64,000 bases of DNA from an uncultured virus (IMG/VR IMGVR_UViG_3300017767_000001). Taxonomy: Duplodnaviria > Heunggongvirae > Uroviricota > Caudoviricetes. The position numbers and the translations under genes were made by a program. The notes under the pieces were generated by a model. It saw only the letters and a program-made list of their open reading frames with translations, was not told the DNA's origin and ran no database searches. Numbering within the stretch: the first letter of the stretch is position 1; each line of letters starts with the position of its first letter. Where the stretch lies: IMG/VR virus record IMGVR_UViG_3300017767_000001, positions 1-64,000 of that record. One strand, written 5' to 3'. Positions 16,180 to 25,547 of this stretch are shown here, one piece after another.

Positions 16180-16345
16180 AAAGTGCTACCTTTGGTTTTA
16201 GCCGAGAGCCAATCCCCCAGCCGATGCAAGCATTATAACCCAGTTGCCGCCCAAAAGTACAGGCTTTTTTATGGTAATATGTCACAAAAAAATCGCTTGA
16301 CCCCAGGCCGGGGATGTGTTACCCTCCGGGCCGGGGGGGGGCGGT

Positions 16346-16364
16346 AATGAGACTCATTCTCATT
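16346..16364. promoter_or_regulatory. Fur-box-like site
   Basis: AATGAGACTCATTCTCATT versus AATGANAATNATTNTCATT, one mismatch. Confidence 0.55.
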
Positions 16365-16428
16365 TAGCGCTCGCGCGCACCCCAACACGTACTACTTGGG
16401 GATTTTTTGAACCTGCCAAAAATAACGC

Positions 16429-16457
16429 TTGACTTTGATGCTCCCTTCGAGTATAAT
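16429..16457 (+). promoter_or_regulatory. sigma70 promoter
   Basis: TTGACT-17-TATAAT. Confidence 0.85.
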
Positions 16458-16480
16458 TATCTAAAATTAAGGAAAGCGTA

Positions 16481-17074
16481 ATGAAAGTTTTAGTAGCGTG
16501 TGAATTTAGCGGAACCGTCCGGGACTGCTTTATAGCAATGGGCCATGATGCAATTTCATGCGATCTTCTTCCTACTGAAGCACGAGGACCACATATTCAA
16601 GGAGATATTCTTGATATACTTTATGACCCTAGCTGGGATCTTATTATTGCTCACCCTCCCTGCACTTATCTTGCTGCTTCTGGGTTACATTGGAATAAGA
16701 AAATTGAAGGAAGAGCTCAGAAAACCGAAGAAGCCCTTAATTTTATCACAGCCATCTGGGAAGCGCCAGTAGAAAAGCTGTGTATTGAAAACCCGGTGGG
16801 TTGTATCAACACCCGCCTCGATTTTATGCCAAAGCCCCAATATGTCCAGCCATATAATTACGGAGAAGACGCTTCAAAGAAAACTGGTTTGTGGCTGAGG
16901 GGCTTGGCACCCTTAGAACCTACCGAAGTTATAGAACCTCGGTATGTAGATGGAAAACCTCGATGGAGTAACCAAGGTGACACTGGTTATGATAAATTTG
17001 GTGGAGGTCAAGGAAAAGAACGAAGTGTCACATTTTTTGGTATAGCAGCCGCAATGGCACTACAATGGGGATAA
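16481..17074 (+). CDS. DNA cytosine methyltransferase-like protein
   Basis: VLVACEFSG, SCDL, HPPCTYL (catalytic PC), IENPVG, K.TGLW. Confidence 0.8.
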   Translation: MKVLVACEFSGTVRDCFIAMGHDAISCDLLPTEARGPHIQGDILDILYDPSWDLIIAHPPCTYLAASGLHWNKKIEGRAQKTEEALNFITAIWEAPVEKLCIENPVGCINTRLDFMPKPQYVQPYNYGEDASKKTGLWLRGLAPLEPTEVIEPRYVDGKPRWSNQGDTGYDKFGGGQGKERSVTFFGIAAAMALQWG

Positions 17075-17075
17075 T

Positions 17076-17402
17076 ATGAACTTAACTATTTTAAACTTAA
17101 ATTATTTATTGCACGACCAACAAACTCTTAGGTACAATACTGTAGAAAGTATAGAGTGGAGTGCAGAAAAGACGGAAGGAGGTATTGGGGCAGGAAGGCA
17201 CTCAACTGTTAAACTTCACGCCCCTGGAGAAGATTTTATTCCTTTTGAAGATATAACAGAAGAAAAAGCTTTAATTTGGCTCAGAGATGCTTTAGGAACT
17301 TCAGGCTTAGAAATCATTGAGAGGGAGCTAAACGAAGAGTTAAATGGCTTGCTAAATCCTACGCACGGTAGTGGAAGACCTTGGACGGAAAGCGGTATCT
17401 AA
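17076..17402 (+). CDS. small tail-fibre-associated protein
   Basis: FIPFEDITEE....W...ALG...G.PW family, usually next to fibres. Confidence 0.55.
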   Translation: MNLTILNLNYLLHDQQTLRYNTVESIEWSAEKTEGGIGAGRHSTVKLHAPGEDFIPFEDITEEKALIWLRDALGTSGLEIIERELNEELNGLLNPTHGSGRPWTESGI

Positions 17403-20400
17403 ATGGCTACTTGGTCTTGGACAGAGTCTTTGTATACACCCGGGTATGGGGTACAGCCCTACTCTAGTTTATCTAGATACACTGCGGTTATAAAATCTTC
17501 GGATACAGTACAGCTAACAACTCAATACACTGGCAGTGTCGCCCTTGCTTACCAAATAAATTACATATCCCAGCCGAATGGATCCTCCACCGTTAATAAC
17601 CCTGACCCAACTCCTTCAGGGTCATTATTGAACAGAACTTGGACTACGAGTAGTTTTTCTGACAATGATTATCATACTCGTTGGTACTGGTATACCACTG
17701 ATACATACGGATACACTAGTCCAAATGCACAAAAATCTGTAAGAATTTTAGTAATTCCTAGTACCGTTGGCTGGGGCTCGGTTTCGGCTAGTATTCAGAA
17801 AGGTTTTAACGGAACAGTTAAACTTTCTATTCCCACTGCTTTTCAAAGCTATTTAACGGGTAGTGGTACCGATAGCGGTGATACTCTTCAAAGCTGGGAA
17901 CAGGCCAAAGATGAAAGATTTTTTTGGAGAGTTTCACAGTCTCAAACCGGCCACAGTACTGCTTATGGATTTACTACTGGCAGTGGTGTATTGACTTCGC
18001 CCACTGATCTCGACGAAATCACACTTAGTCCCACGCTAAGTTCTAATGCAGGGGTTCATTGGGTACACCTATATCATTACGATTACAATGGGCAAACAGG
18101 AACAGCAGACCACCTAATAGATTCTATTTCTTTTAATGTAACCAACCCCGCTGCCTTAGACACTAATATTACTCTAAACTCGACCTCTGTCAATATACTT
18201 AGTGGTGCAAGTAATTACTCCCTTAGTATGACGCAGGGGGGAACTAATACTATTTACTACATTTTAGATACATCAAACCTTGCGAACGGTAGTAATATCG
18301 CCGCAGCGAGCTCTAACTATATAGCAAGAACTTGGAACAGTAATAGTGGTAATAACTCTCGACCTTTTGAAACAGTGCAAGGTAGTGGAGTAATTTCAAA
18401 TGGTTTACCTACTTCGGCCACTGCCACTTTTTATCTTTATGCTGCAAATGGAAACGGTCAAAACAGTATAAGACTAACTACAGGGGACACTCAATATACA
18501 GTAACGCCACAAGCTCAAGCTCCTTCTATTAGCCCCTATAAAACAATTATTACCAATGGATTTCAAATGTGGTCAAATCCATCAGGTACAACGGCTGGAA
18601 CAATTCAATATCAATGGAAAGTACAGGGCGGTGGCTCCGGGTCTAATGGCAACACTGTCCATACTTTTCCGTGGACAGCGGAAATAAATAATTTAGGAGA
18701 AAATGCAGCAGTTGGTACATCATGGAGAGGTACATCTTGGACGGTTCAAGCTCGAGCAACTGTAGATAATGGAGCAAATTACGACTACAGCAGTACTTCT
18801 TCTCCTATAACTCTTCCTGATTATTCTTTTACTACGGTTCCGAATTCTATACAAGAGGGGCAGACTGGAACTTTTACTGTAGCTTCTACAAATGGCCTAG
18901 GCCCTATCTATTGGCAGGCTACTACAACAAGTGGCGGAGATTTTTCAACTTCTAGTGGTCAAGTGGGTTCGGGAACAGGGTGGTCTTCAGGAAGTTTTAC
19001 TGTAACTCCTTCAACAGATAGTGATTCAGACGCTTCAGAAACTGCAACAATAAAGCTATACGTTACTAATATCTTCAATTCTTACAACGACCTTAGCATT
19101 TCCGATACATTCACTATTACAGGGGCTAGTACAACTCCTACTGCAGATACAATAAGTGGAGTCACTTGGTCAAGTACTAATACTGCAAATTCAAATCCAA
19201 CAGTATCTTGGAGTGGGGGCAGTGGTGGTACCTCAGGTAACCCAGCAGTTATAGGAAGTACAACGAATTCACTTCCTAGTTCTTCAAATGGTGCTTGGGT
19301 AACGGACCTTAATCAGACTTCTCCTACAACACTAACTATTGATGCATATGGAAATGCTTATGTAAGAGGGGTTACTTACTATTTTTGGGTTCGAAGAAGT
19401 GCCAATGTAGTCAGTACTCCTTTTACTTCAACAGCTCCGTATATTCCTCTTAGCGACTCTTCAATTACAATTGATACTCCTACTGATAAAAACGGAACTG
19501 ATTTAAATTTAGTTAACGGAGTATATGAAATACCTTCCTCCTATGGAACAGCCGCCGCCGATATTATAGGTATTCCTTTTACCGACGGAGGAACTTATGA
19601 TCAGTACCGAGTTCTTAATGACACAACGAGTCAGTGGCCAGAAAGTGCCAATGTTGGAGCCTCTGGAACATTTAGTCTTGTTACTACTCAGAGCGGAGCT
19701 TTACCCCCTGCAGGAAGTACATATGTTTATAGCTTTTCAGGTAGAAGGCCTCCAACTACCGGAGGTAGCGGAAGTTGGCAAACTGTAAATAGTGGAACAA
19801 CAATACGTATTAAAAGACTTGGCACAGGAACTCCTTATAGCGTTTCTGCTAACCCTACGTCAATTAATGAAGGACAATCAACTACATTTACAGTAACTTA
19901 CTCGAATATTTCTAGCTCTCGAACAGTTAATTATACTATTGAAGGAATTCAGGACCTTGATATATCTTCAGGAGCTCTCACTGGAAGCTTTAGCATTAAT
20001 TCAGGAAGTGGTACAGCAACTACAGTTATTACACTCGCAAATGATAATTTAACAGACGGGCCAAAAACCGCCACCCTAACTTTAGCAAACACTGATAGTG
20101 CCCAAACTTCAACAGGGACGCCAAGTGCTTCTGTATCTATTGCAGATACTTCTACAGCAGGTTCGGGCAGTGGTACTAATCTTAATTCCGGAACGGCTAG
20201 TGATTATGGGTTAGAGATATACAATCCCAGTGGTACTCTAATTATTAACGATATTTCTAGGCTGGGTACTTTTCTTGCTTTTGACTCCCATACATTTACT
20301 GCGAGTTCGACTACTACTACTATGTTTAATGGATTCGACTGCAGTAGTAAATCAACAACAGGTATATTTCTTACAGGCTGGACTGGATATCAGTGGCTAT

Positions 20401-20504
20401 CTCCTTGGATAACAAGAAGTAGTAATGGCATAACTTTAACAGTAAACTCATCAAATTCTACTGGACGATACGGCACAATTGCAGTACATTTAATAAGGTA
20501 TTAA
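17403..20504 (+). CDS. large Ser/Thr/Gly-rich virion protein, candidate receptor-binding protein
   Basis: 1033 aa, beta-rich Ig/Calx-like repeats (SIxEGQ..TFTV); sits where T5 pb5 sits, upstream of terS. Confidence 0.6.
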   Translation: MATWSWTESLYTPGYGVQPYSSLSRYTAVIKSSDTVQLTTQYTGSVALAYQINYISQPNGSSTVNNPDPTPSGSLLNRTWTTSSFSDNDYHTRWYWYTTDTYGYTSPNAQKSVRILVIPSTVGWGSVSASIQKGFNGTVKLSIPTAFQSYLTGSGTDSGDTLQSWEQAKDERFFWRVSQSQTGHSTAYGFTTGSGVLTSPTDLDEITLSPTLSSNAGVHWVHLYHYDYNGQTGTADHLIDSISFNVTNPAALDTNITLNSTSVNILSGASNYSLSMTQGGTNTIYYILDTSNLANGSNIAAASSNYIARTWNSNSGNNSRPFETVQGSGVISNGLPTSATATFYLYAANGNGQNSIRLTTGDTQYTVTPQAQAPSISPYKTIITNGFQMWSNPSGTTAGTIQYQWKVQGGGSGSNGNTVHTFPWTAEINNLGENAAVGTSWRGTSWTVQARATVDNGANYDYSSTSSPITLPDYSFTTVPNSIQEGQTGTFTVASTNGLGPIYWQATTTSGGDFSTSSGQVGSGTGWSSGSFTVTPSTDSDSDASETATIKLYVTNIFNSYNDLSISDTFTITGASTTPTADTISGVTWSSTNTANSNPTVSWSGGSGGTSGNPAVIGSTTNSLPSSSNGAWVTDLNQTSPTTLTIDAYGNAYVRGVTYYFWVRRSANVVSTPFTSTAPYIPLSDSSITIDTPTDKNGTDLNLVNGVYEIPSSYGTAAADIIGIPFTDGGTYDQYRVLNDTTSQWPESANVGASGTFSLVTTQSGALPPAGSTYVYSFSGRRPPTTGGSGSWQTVNSGTTIRIKRLGTGTPYSVSANPTSINEGQSTTFTVTYSNISSSRTVNYTIEGIQDLDISSGALTGSFSINSGSGTATTVITLANDNLTDGPKTATLTLANTDSAQTSTGTPSASVSIADTSTAGSGSGTNLNSGTASDYGLEIYNPSGTLIINDISRLGTFLAFDSHTFTASSTTTTMFNGFDCSSKSTTGIFLTGWTGYQWLSPWITRSSNGITLTVNSSNSTGRYGTIAVHLIRY

Positions 20505-20506
20505 CT

Positions 20507-21118
20507 ATGGCATATGGATTAGAGTTTTACGGGGCTAATAATCAGTTGATATTCGATACTGATAACTTTGATGGAGGCCAAACTTTAGTTATTACAGGAT
20601 CTGGCACGATATCTAATAATGGTACTTTTACCCCTCCTAATAACACTGTTACTTTCGGCCGAGTAAACACTGGAAATTTATTTGGAAATACTAGCAACGG
20701 GGTACTTACGAATAGGTCTGGACAAACAATTTCTTATGTATCTGCAGAATTTACAAGTTCAAGTACAAGTAATATAACTAACGCAGGAACGTATGGATTA
20801 GAAATTTTTAGCGGCTCAGGGGGGTTAATGTTTTCTACAAGGAAAGCAGCAAGTACTGTGGATTTTCAAGCAATATATGATAAAGGAGACTTAAGGACAA
20901 ATAATTCTACAAATTCTGTTTGGGCTGGGTCACCTTCAAACGTATATGTAAGTATTGATTTTATGTTTTATGGAGGAGCAAATAATTATATGAATGGATA
21001 TACTTTTAGTACGGGTGGGATAAGTTATAGGGGAAGACTTTTTGCTACGGGTCAGTTCAACTGGGATTACGTTCTTCCAAATATGGGAACACTAGCAGTA
21101 ATAAAATTAAGGGGGTAA
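20507..21118 (+). CDS. tail-tip accessory protein
   Basis: Repeated YGLE(I/F) motif shared with the C-terminus of the upstream ORF. Confidence 0.55.
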   Translation: MAYGLEFYGANNQLIFDTDNFDGGQTLVITGSGTISNNGTFTPPNNTVTFGRVNTGNLFGNTSNGVLTNRSGQTISYVSAEFTSSSTSNITNAGTYGLEIFSGSGGLMFSTRKAASTVDFQAIYDKGDLRTNNSTNSVWAGSPSNVYVSIDFMFYGGANNYMNGYTFSTGGISYRGRLFATGQFNWDYVLPNMGTLAVIKLRG

Positions 21119-21119
21119 T

Positions 21120-21632
21120 ATGGAACTAATTGTAAAATATATAGCAAAGGTAGATGTTGCTACGGGACAGATACAGTCTATAGGGTTTGCTCCCGGGCAT
21201 ATACCTCCTGAGGGTATTGCTGACGGAATAGAAACAATTCATCTTCGGACAGAAGATTGGCGTAATTACGACAACACTCTAACTATACACGAAGAGTTTT
21301 ATCGAAAAGAGGGAGCTTGGGTACATAGAGGGGCTCCTCCAACTAAGTATTATGAATGGAATATACAAGAAGAAGAGTGGCAGCAAAATTGGAATACATT
21401 TTTAGCAGAATTAAGAGAGGAAAGAAATCATAGACTTCATATGTGTGATTGGACTCAAACTCTTGATAATCCAATGGAAGAAACCGTAAAAGCTTCTTGG
21501 AGAAATTACAGAAATTCCCTTCGAAATTTTCCAATTCATTTTCAAACTCCTGATCCAACAATTAGGTCTTTAGAAGATATCGAGTGGCCTGCACTTCCTG
21601 ACGGCACAATTTTAGAAATATTGGTTTTTTAA
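21120..21632 (+). CDS. tail fibre assembly chaperone
   Basis: LREERN..L...DWTQ..D.P......W..YR..LR..P....I.WP. Confidence 0.8.
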   Translation: MELIVKYIAKVDVATGQIQSIGFAPGHIPPEGIADGIETIHLRTEDWRNYDNTLTIHEEFYRKEGAWVHRGAPPTKYYEWNIQEEEWQQNWNTFLAELREERNHRLHMCDWTQTLDNPMEETVKASWRNYRNSLRNFPIHFQTPDPTIRSLEDIEWPALPDGTILEILVF

Positions 21633-21662
21633 ATATTTTTCGACACCTCGCAAAAATATATC

Positions 21663-21691
21663 TTGACATTACAACCCTTTTAAAGTAGAAT
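21663..21691 (+). promoter_or_regulatory. sigma70 promoter
   Basis: TTGACA-17-TAGAAT. Confidence 0.75.
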
Positions 21692-21697
21692 ACGAGA

Positions 21698-22159
21698 ATG
21701 GGCAAAGAAGTAACCACAATATCCCCTGAGGGACTTGAAGTAGCAAACTGTTATTTGCAATTTGGAAATATTCGAGCAGTATGTGAAATGATGCAAGTTG
21801 CCGAAGAAAAAGTAGTTGAACTTTTAAATAAACGTGAAGTAAAAAAGTATATTGATACTGTATATCTTGATATGGGGTATCGTAACAAAAACAACATTGC
21901 TACTGTTCTTGATGAAATGATACAAAGTAAGCTTGAAGAAGCACAAGAAACAGGAGTGTACTCTAATAAAGACTTGGCTGATCTACTGCAGATGGCTCAC
22001 CGAATGAGAATGGATGAAATTAAAGCACAAGCTGAACTGACTAAAGCAGAGACCACAAACATAAAAACTCAAAATAACGTACAAATTAATAACGAGAGTT
22101 TACCCTTCGGCCAAGGAAACTATGGAAAGCTGATGGAGAAACTTCTCAAGGAGGGATAA
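21698..22159 (+). CDS. terS: terminase small subunit (T5-like)
   Basis: ISPEGLEVAN.YLQ.G...EVK.YI...Y.D.GYRN...KLEE..ETG.YS.KD...NY..L..KL. Confidence 0.8.
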   Translation: MGKEVTTISPEGLEVANCYLQFGNIRAVCEMMQVAEEKVVELLNKREVKKYIDTVYLDMGYRNKNNIATVLDEMIQSKLEEAQETGVYSNKDLADLLQMAHRMRMDEIKAQAELTKAETTNIKTQNNVQINNESLPFGQGNYGKLMEKLLKEG

Positions 22160-22174
22160 CCTAGAGAAAGCTCC

Positions 22175-22600
22175 ATGCTTGCAGAAATTGCGATTGCAAA
22201 TGCTGCTTTTGGTGTACTTAAAGAAGCTATCGGCAACGGTAAAGAGCTTTATGATGTTGCAGGAGTTGTATCACAGTTTTTTGATAGTAAAACTTCGCTT
22301 CAAAAAAAGTCTAATAAAAACGGATATAAAAGCGATATGGAAGCCTTCATGGAACTTGAGAAGATCAAGGAAATGGAGGACCACCTAAAACAACAAATGA
22401 TCTGGGCAGGTCGCCCAGGAATGTGGGATGACTGGCTAGCCTTTCAAAAACAAGCCAAAGAAGAAAGAGCCAAAGCAGAAAAAGAAGCTAGAGAAGCCCA
22501 CGAAGAATTGATGCAAACTTTATTGTATTGTTTTTACTTTGTGTGCGGTTTAGTTGTTTTTGTGCCCGCACTATTTCTCATATTGACTATACTAAAATGA
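22175..22600 (+). CDS. conserved phage protein with C-terminal TM
   Basis: MLAEIAIANAAF..K family, coiled coil plus TM. Confidence 0.65.
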   Translation: MLAEIAIANAAFGVLKEAIGNGKELYDVAGVVSQFFDSKTSLQKKSNKNGYKSDMEAFMELEKIKEMEDHLKQQMIWAGRPGMWDDWLAFQKQAKEERAKAEKEAREAHEELMQTLLYCFYFVCGLVVFVPALFLILTILK

Positions 22601-22800
22601 ATGAATTAGAAAAGCAAGTTAATCATATTGAGAACGAGCTACAAGTTCATGCCACTCAGTGTGAAGAAAGATGGAAAACCATATTTGAGAGAATGGAAAG
22701 CGTAGAAGATACACTTGCTCGAATGGAAGGTAGAATTATTGCAGCCTCCGGAATAATTATAATGTTTTTATTAGGGTTAATAGTAGCACAGGTAATGTAA
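22597..22800 (+). CDS. coiled-coil + TM protein (holin/XhlA-like candidate)
   Basis: H...CEERW..I..R......R followed by a C-terminal TM. Confidence 0.55.
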   Translation: MNELEKQVNHIENELQVHATQCEERWKTIFERMESVEDTLARMEGRIIAASGIIIMFLLGLIVAQVM

Positions 22801-23009
22801 TGAAAAGAGGACGAAGCCCAGATTTTGAAAAGTATATTAACATGAGAATTGCCCAGCTTAAACAAGACCAGGAAAATGCTCATGATGATTACGATAAACA
22901 ATGGTACAATCGTATCATTCAAGAACTATGCTGGGCAAAAAGTCAACAGCATGATTGTTATTTTGATGAACTACAAAATTGGAAGGACAATTATTCATAT
23001 CTTCCATAG
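22800..23009 (+). CDS. hypothetical protein
   Basis: YI.MRI.QL......D.YD..WYNR.IQEL.W. Confidence 0.6.
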   Translation: MKRGRSPDFEKYINMRIAQLKQDQENAHDDYDKQWYNRIIQELCWAKSQQHDCYFDELQNWKDNYSYLP

Positions 23010-23033
23010 CCGCAAAAGCGCATGAGAAAACTA

Positions 23034-23195
23034 ATGCCATCAGGAAAAGGTACTTACGGAAAGAAAAGAGGACGACCCGCCAAAAAAGGAAAAAAGAAAA
23101 AGGCTATGGGCAAGGGTTTATCTGCCAAGCAAAAGAAACTTCCTCCCGCACTAAGAGCTGCACTTATGAAGAAGAAAAAGCGAGGTAAAAAGTGA
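23034..23195 (+). CDS. 53-aa highly basic peptide with AT-hook-like KRGRP
   Basis: MPSGKGTYGKKRGRPAKKGKKKK...LPPALRAALMKKKKRGKK. Confidence 0.7.
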   Translation: MPSGKGTYGKKRGRPAKKGKKKKAMGKGLSAKQKKLPPALRAALMKKKKRGKK

Positions 23196-23291
23196 TTGAT
23201 TTAGCAATAGGAGGTGTAATTGGGTGGTTCGCTCATGTGGCGTGGGCTAAGTGGAAGCACTTGCTTCCTTCTTTAGCTGAAGAGAATAAGG

Positions 23292-23471
23292 ATGGCAGCT
23301 AGACGAAAAAAGGCAGCTAGAAAAACTAAAAATATTCCTACAAATAAAAAACTATACGCCAGAATAAAAGCAAAAACTAAAAGAAAGTTTGCAGTTTATC
23401 CGAGCGCATATGCAAATGCTTATTTAGTACGAGAGTATAAAAAAGCAGGAGGGAGATACCGTCGTGGCTAA
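23292..23471 (+). CDS. basic protein (DUF5872-like N-half)
   Basis: PTNKKLYARIKA..K.KF.VYPSAYANAYLVREYKKAGG.Y; AAGGA RBS. Confidence 0.75.
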   Translation: MAARRKKAARKTKNIPTNKKLYARIKAKTKRKFAVYPSAYANAYLVREYKKAGGRYRRG

Positions 23472-23745
23472 AGGTGGACTTACAAAATGGTTCAAAGAGA
23501 GCTGGGTAGATATTAGTCGTCCAAAGAAGAGCGGGGGCTATGCAAAATGTGGCCGTAAAAAAGCTAAAAAAGGACGCAAGGGGTATCCTAAGTGCGTTCC
23601 TGCTTCTAAAGCAGCAAGCATGTCAAAATCACAGATTCGTTCTGCTGTTCGCCGAAAAAGATCAAAGGCTCAAGGAGTACGCGGAAAACCAACTATGGTA
23701 CGAACTTTTGCTAAAAAGGGTAAAAGAAAAGGTAGAAAAAAGTGA
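23464..23745 (+). CDS. basic protein (GLTKWFKE.W...CGR...YPKCVP family)
   Basis: Conserved viral motif, Lys/Arg-rich. Confidence 0.75.
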   Translation: MAKGGLTKWFKESWVDISRPKKSGGYAKCGRKKAKKGRKGYPKCVPASKAASMSKSQIRSAVRRKRSKAQGVRGKPTMVRTFAKKGKRKGRKK

Positions 23746-23930
23746 GCGAAGTTTCTGCTATTAGTGCAATTCCTACTTCTTTTTCAAAAGAGTATTCAAC
23801 TCAAACAGTTGCTAAGGTAGAGGACAATAAGTATAAAATAACAGATACAATTTATACTGTAACTACTTATGACAGGGCCGGAAAATTAGATGTATTTACT
23901 AATATTCGGTATTTGGATTATATAGCATAA
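23742..23930 (+). CDS. hypothetical protein
   Basis: GTGA coupling. Confidence 0.55.
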   Translation: MSEVSAISAIPTSFSKEYSTQTVAKVEDNKYKITDTIYTVTTYDRAGKLDVFTNIRYLDYIA

Positions 23931-24235
23931 TGGCCGCAAAAAGGAAAGGTAAAAAAAGAGACTCAAGATTAAAGAGGGCAGGAGTAGCAGGCTACAACAA
24001 GCCAAAGCGTACTCCTAGCCATCCGAAAAAGTCACACATTGTTGTGGCTAAAGTAGGAAGTAAGGTCAAGACTATTCGTTTTGGCCAGCAAGGAGCCAAA
24101 ACTGCAGGGAAGCCTAAAAGGGGAGAAAGTGCACGCATGAAAAAGAAGCGTGCTTCATTCAAAGCCCGACACCGCAGAAACATTGCTCGAGGCAAGATGA
24201 GTGCGGCATACTGGGCAAATAAAGTAAAATGGTAG
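23930..24235 (+). CDS. basic protein (IRFGQQG...SFKARH...SAAYWA family)
   Basis: Motif common in marine viruses; very Lys/Arg-rich. Confidence 0.75.
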   Translation: MAAKRKGKKRDSRLKRAGVAGYNKPKRTPSHPKKSHIVVAKVGSKVKTIRFGQQGAKTAGKPKRGESARMKKKRASFKARHRRNIARGKMSAAYWANKVKW

Positions 24236-24243
24236 GAGATACT

Positions 24244-24645
24244 ATGAAATATTTTTTAGCTCTGCTAGCTATTATCTCAACCACTGTAGCAGCAGAAACC
24301 GTTATTAACTACGATGATGGATCAACGTACACGCTTAAGGAAGGGCAAGAAATCTATATCAGTAATACTCGCAGTGCGCTGTTTAAAAGACAGCTAATGA
24401 AAAACAAGGACACGTTTTTTCGTGTACAAAAGCCTTGGACATCTAGAGACTACGTACCAGAACCACAAGATCCTTTTCAACCTGGGTCTCATGAATGGTG
24501 TAAAGCCTATGTTCCTTGGAGCGAAGGTTTGACCTTTGACATGATTACATGGCAACAGGCGTGTGATACTGATAATGATGGAAAATATGGATGTGGCGAT
24601 AATCGATTCGACTCATCCGAAGAGGGGAGTGTCTGCTCTCTATAG
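24244..24645 (+). CDS. secreted/periplasmic protein
   Basis: Signal peptide MKYFLALLAIISTTVAA; four Cys; AGGAG RBS. Confidence 0.7.
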   Translation: MKYFLALLAIISTTVAAETVINYDDGSTYTLKEGQEIYISNTRSALFKRQLMKNKDTFFRVQKPWTSRDYVPEPQDPFQPGSHEWCKAYVPWSEGLTFDMITWQQACDTDNDGKYGCGDNRFDSSEEGSVCSL

Positions 24646-24654
24646 AGATATACC

Positions 24655-24990
24655 ATGGCAGATGAAGAAGTAGTAACAGCGGATAAAGAAGTTATTAAAA
24701 GAATGGACATCAATGGTGATGGTCATTTGTCCAAAGAAGAATACGAAATGGAACTAGAGTTTCGACGAAGGGAGCTAGAAGATGCCGATGCAATGCGAGA
24801 CGCCCAAAGAAACATGGCTTGGTTTGCTTTGCTTGGCATGTTGGTATATCCTTTCGCTGTTGTTGGTGCTCAAGTTGCTGGATATGAGCATGCCGCTGAT
24901 GTCCTTGGAGACATGGCCCCGACCTATTTTGTGGCTGTAGCGGGTCTTGTTGCAGCATTCTTCGGAGCTACTGCTTGGAGTAAAAAGTGA
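24655..24990 (+). CDS. EF-hand-containing two-TM protein (holin candidate)
   Basis: DINGDGHLSKEE EF-hand loop followed by two TM helices and a basic C-terminus. Confidence 0.6.
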   Translation: MADEEVVTADKEVIKRMDINGDGHLSKEEYEMELEFRRRELEDADAMRDAQRNMAWFALLGMLVYPFAVVGAQVAGYEHAADVLGDMAPTYFVAVAGLVAAFFGATAWSKK

Positions 24991-25547
24991 TTCTTGATCT
25001 GATGGTAACATTCTGGCAGCCAGTAGTTGTGGCTGCCATTATTCTTATAGGTTTTGTGATTAGTATTTTTGACGGACAAGGAGAGTCTCGTGTAAACTTT
25101 AAGTATACAGAAATGCCAATCATGAGACCTATACTAATTGATACTGCAACTAAAAAATTCTGGGGTTCAATTTGGCTATGGCTGACTGGAACTCGACGAT
25201 GGGAAACTGTAGAAGATTTCTACTTCTTCCTAAACGGAGAAGAGTATGTTATTGAAAAGGGTTTTGAATTCGATGGTGCATCAGTACCTAAGTTTCTTGC
25301 AATGTGGCTTTCGCCCGTTGGAGTCTTGCTTATGGGTGGTCTTGTTCACGATTATGGGTATAAGTACGCTGAACTGGTAAAATCAAAAAACAAGGAAACT
25401 GTAGCAAAAACACAAAAAGAAATGGATATTCTTTTTCGAGATATTTGTATAGAGCAGAACGGATTCAAAGTATTAAATTATTTGGCCTACTGGTCGTTAG
25501 GACTATGTGGGTTCCTCGCTTGGAATAGGCATAGAAAAAATGACTAA
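24987..25547 (+). CDS. DUF1353 family protein
   Basis: GF.FDGASVP...GLVHDYGY...D.LFRD. Confidence 0.8.
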   Translation: MILDLMVTFWQPVVVAAIILIGFVISIFDGQGESRVNFKYTEMPIMRPILIDTATKKFWGSIWLWLTGTRRWETVEDFYFFLNGEEYVIEKGFEFDGASVPKFLAMWLSPVGVLLMGGLVHDYGYKYAELVKSKNKETVAKTQKEMDILFRDICIEQNGFKVLNYLAYWSLGLCGFLAWNRHRKND

